From positions 64,001-128,000 of the forward strand of contig JBFXJJ010000006.1 in NCBI GenBank assembly GCA_050175015.1: a stretch of 64,000 nt of DNA, in the 5' to 3' direction. The stretch's first letter is position 1. The number at the start of each line of letters is the position of its first letter. The stretch is from Alphaproteobacteria bacterium. GTDB lineage: Bacteria > Pseudomonadota > Alphaproteobacteria > JBFXJJ01. A program made the translations under genes and the position numbers. The notes under the pieces were generated by a model. It ran no database searches. It saw only the letters and a program-made list of their open reading frames with translations, and was not told the DNA's origin. Of this stretch, positions 61,462 through 64,000 are shown one piece after another.

Positions 61462-61875
61462 TTATCTGCCTTTACTTGCAGCCATTGCTGCTGCTAGTTT
61501 TTTTGATGCTTCATCAAGCTTTGCTCCGTCAGATAAGCTTAATGCATATTTGCTGTGTTTGGCACTTTTTAAATCAAAGCCTTTACTTTGCATAATAGTA
61601 TTATATTTTTCAGCAACAAAAGCTTCAATTTCAGAATTTTTGGACATTGTCTTAGGAATAGATATTGGCATTTGCCTTGCCTTTTGAACTTTATTAACTT
61701 CGCCTGTTCCTCGTTCCATAGCATTAAGGTTGGTTAAAACCATACCCAAGCTCATTCGAGCTGATTTTGCTTTGGGAATTTCAGTACTATACAAAAGCTT
61801 AAGGTTCTGCTCAAGCGAACGCTTACACCATAAGAAAGAATTATCTGCCCTTTGAGTTATGTTATTTACAACCAT
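61462..61875 (-). CDS. Hypothetical basic protein
   Basis: 137 aa; AAGGAG RBS; own terminator. Confidence 0.65.
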   Translation of the reverse strand: MVVNNITQRADNSFLWCKRSLEQNLKLLYSTEIPKAKSARMSLGMVLTNLNAMERGTGEVNKVQKARQMPISIPKTMSKNSEIEAFVAEKYNTIMQSKGFDLKSAKHSKYALSLSDGAKLDEASKKLAAAMAASKGR

Positions 61876-62130
61876 AGAAGGCTCTCCTTAATAAAAATAC
61901 AAAGATATAACATACTAGTTAAGTATATAACATATTTTTGGACTTTTTGGAAATATTTTTTTGCAATTTTGGAAAATAAAAAAGAAAATTTAGCTCCATT
62001 ATAAATTAAGTTATTGATAAAAAGGAAAAACAATCAAGAAAAAAGTTGCAATTGATGCAATATTTTTATTTAATATTAGTATGAAATAATACATAATATA
62101 TTAAAAATTTTTTATGGAAGGGTTAAAAAT

Positions 62131-62622
62131 ATGTCCGAAGATCACGACCGCGTTATATTTTGTGGCTGCATAATGAAAACTTCCCCAGATTGTGTTCACA
62201 AAGATGAAAAACTCGGAACAGCTATAAAAAAGATGATAGATGGGCATATTAGGTTTATTCCAGTTCTTGATGGTGACGGGGTATTGCTTGGTGAAGTTAA
62301 TGCCGAAAACCTAGTTCATAACCTGCTTCCGAAGTCTATGAGACTTCTTAATCCATCAAACAGATCCAACTTTTTAAGAGAAACTATCCAAGATTTCAAA
62401 GAACGTCTTGACGCAATGCTTGAAGATAAAGTAAAACAGCATTTGCAAACAATGCCGATGGTGGTTGAAACTGCTCCTGCTGCGCAAGCTCTAGCTATGA
62501 TTTGTAACACACATCGACTTATTGCCGTTGTAGACAATGAAAAAGATAAAAAATTAAAAGGTATAATTGATTTTACCTCTATTTTATCTGCAATAGAAAA
62601 GTGTAAAAAAGTTGAATCTTAA
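62131..62622 (+). CDS. CBS-domain pair protein
   Basis: IPVLD...LLG and IAVVD....LKGII CBS repeats; precedes a transporter. Confidence 0.8.
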   Translation: MSEDHDRVIFCGCIMKTSPDCVHKDEKLGTAIKKMIDGHIRFIPVLDGDGVLLGEVNAENLVHNLLPKSMRLLNPSNRSNFLRETIQDFKERLDAMLEDKVKQHLQTMPMVVETAPAAQALAMICNTHRLIAVVDNEKDKKLKGIIDFTSILSAIEKCKKVES

Positions 62623-62655
62623 AATTTAAAAATCAATAAAAAATCAGGCAGAAAA

Positions 62656-64000
62656 ATGCATTCTACTATTACTGAAACAGTAGCAACGACTCACGTTGTT
62701 ATGAATATGAATCCTGTTTTTATGGCTTCTCTTATTCTTGTGTTATCTTACCTCGTTTTATTTACTGAAAAAGTTAACAGTGCAGTTGTTGCTTTAATCG
62801 GCGGCGCCTTTATGGTTTTTTCAGGTATTATAAACGAGGAACAAGCGTTTGAAGGCGTTGACTTTAACACGTTATCGCTTTTGATTGGAATGATGTCCAT
62901 TGTTGGAATCGCAGAAAAAAGCGGCATCTTCCAATATGTGGCAATTTGGTCGGCAAAAAAAGTTAGGGCAAATCCTAGAGCTATCTTAGCTATGATGATT
63001 GTGATTACCGCTTTATTTTCAGCATTCCTTGATAATGTTACAACCGTTCTTCTGATTGTTCCTGTAACCTTTCTTGTTTGTGAAAAGCTTGAAGTTGAGC
63101 CTTATCCGTTTATTGTAGCGGAAATTTTTGCATCGAATATTGGCGGTACAGCGACTTTAATTGGCGACCCTCCCAACATTATTATTGGTTCCGCAGCACA
63201 ACTTTCTTTTACAGATTTTATGTTTGAATTAGGGCCTTTGATTCTATTTTGTTTGGCTGCTCTTATCGTATTCATGGACTTTTTATATGGTAGAAAGATG
63301 ATATCTTCTTTACGCTCTAGAGCTAAAGTTATGATGTTTGACGAGAGAGACAGCATTACCGATAAAATATTACTAATAAAATCTTTAGTTATTATCTTTT
63401 TGGTTATATGCGGTTTTGTTGCAGCTGAACATATTCACATTCAAAACGGAACAATAGCTATGTTTGGAGCGGCTGTTCTTTTAATGCTTTACGTTAAAGG
63501 CAATGAAAAAGATGAGCAAGACAAAAAAGTTGAAGCTGTTTTTGCCCATGTTGATTGGACAACCATTTTCTTCTTTGCAGGCTTATTCGTTATCGTTACA
63601 GGTTTTGAGCAAGTTGGTCTTCTAGAAGTTATGGGGCAATGGATTTTAGAAATATCTAAAGGCAGCCTTATTATTACAACAATGGCTCTTACTTGGATTT
63701 CGGCTATAGTTTCTTCTGTTATTAATAATATTCCTTTCGTTGCTACGATGATCCCTATGATTAACAGCATTGAACCAGACTTAGGCGGGAGAGAAGCTGC
63801 TATGCCATTATGGTGGGCTCTGTCTCTTGGTGCTTGCTTGGGTGGCAACGGTACCCTAGTTGGAGCATCGGCTAACGTTATGGTTGCTGGTATGGCTCAA
63901 AGAATGGGATATCAAGTAAGTTTTGGTAAGTTTTTAATATTAAGCTTGCCCGTTATGTTAGGAACAATGGTTCTATCAACTTTATACTTATACATAAGAC
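62656..64000 (+). CDS. ArsB/NhaD (P-protein/YbiR-like) transporter, runs to the window end
   Basis: Not in the ORF track. Manual translation shows SAFLDNVTT, SNIGGTATLIGDPPN, NNIPF, GACLGGNGTLVGASAN. Confidence 0.9.
   Translation, partial: MHSTITETVATTHVVMNMNPVFMASLILVLSYLVLFTEKVNSAVVALIGGAFMVFSGIINEEQAFEGVDFNTLSLLIGMMSIVGIAEKSGIFQYVAIWSAKKVRANPRAILAMMIVITALFSAFLDNVTTVLLIVPVTFLVCEKLEVEPYPFIVAEIFASNIGGTATLIGDPPNIIIGSAAQLSFTDFMFELGPLILFCLAALIVFMDFLYGRKMISSLRSRAKVMMFDERDSITDKILLIKSLVIIFLVICGFVAAEHIHIQNGTIAMFGAAVLLMLYVKGNEKDEQDKKVEAVFAHVDWTTIFFFAGLFVIVTGFEQVGLLEVMGQWILEISKGSLIITTMALTWISAIVSSVINNIPFVATMIPMINSIEPDLGGREAAMPLWWALSLGACLGGNGTLVGASANVMVAGMAQRMGYQVSFGKFLILSLPVMLGTMVLSTLYLYIR

Overview
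AT-rich chromosomal segment, most likely from an anaerobic or fermentative alphaproteobacterium (Rhodospirillales-like). This rests on the gene orders nuo-birA-rnj-proS-lolE-lolD-dnaE and ribF-lspA-DUF3035-M16-M16-mutL and on alpha-type SerC and ProRS. Most genes are housekeeping. The left end has an [FeFe]-hydrogenase maturation locus (hydE divergent from TM1266-family gene, aspA, hydF), tRNA-Glu(CUC) and a small accessory patch. Main observation: the nuo locus holds only 10 genes (nuoABCD-H-JKLMN), with nuoE/F/G and nuoI cleanly absent. All ORFs are intact and tightly packed, and NuoB keeps all four N2 cysteines. However, by-eye comparison shows the quinone-binding residues (NuoD, NuoH TM1) and most proton-translocating residues (NuoA/H/J/K/L/M, one in N) are substituted. 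It looks like a repurposed or decaying complex I rather than a respiratory pump. Second observation: an unannotated 36-aa Thr-rich leader peptide with attenuator-type hairpins precedes a truncated, atypical thrS. No CRISPR array, rRNA, transposase or integrase was seen. All protein comparisons were made by eye from remembered motifs, not by database search.
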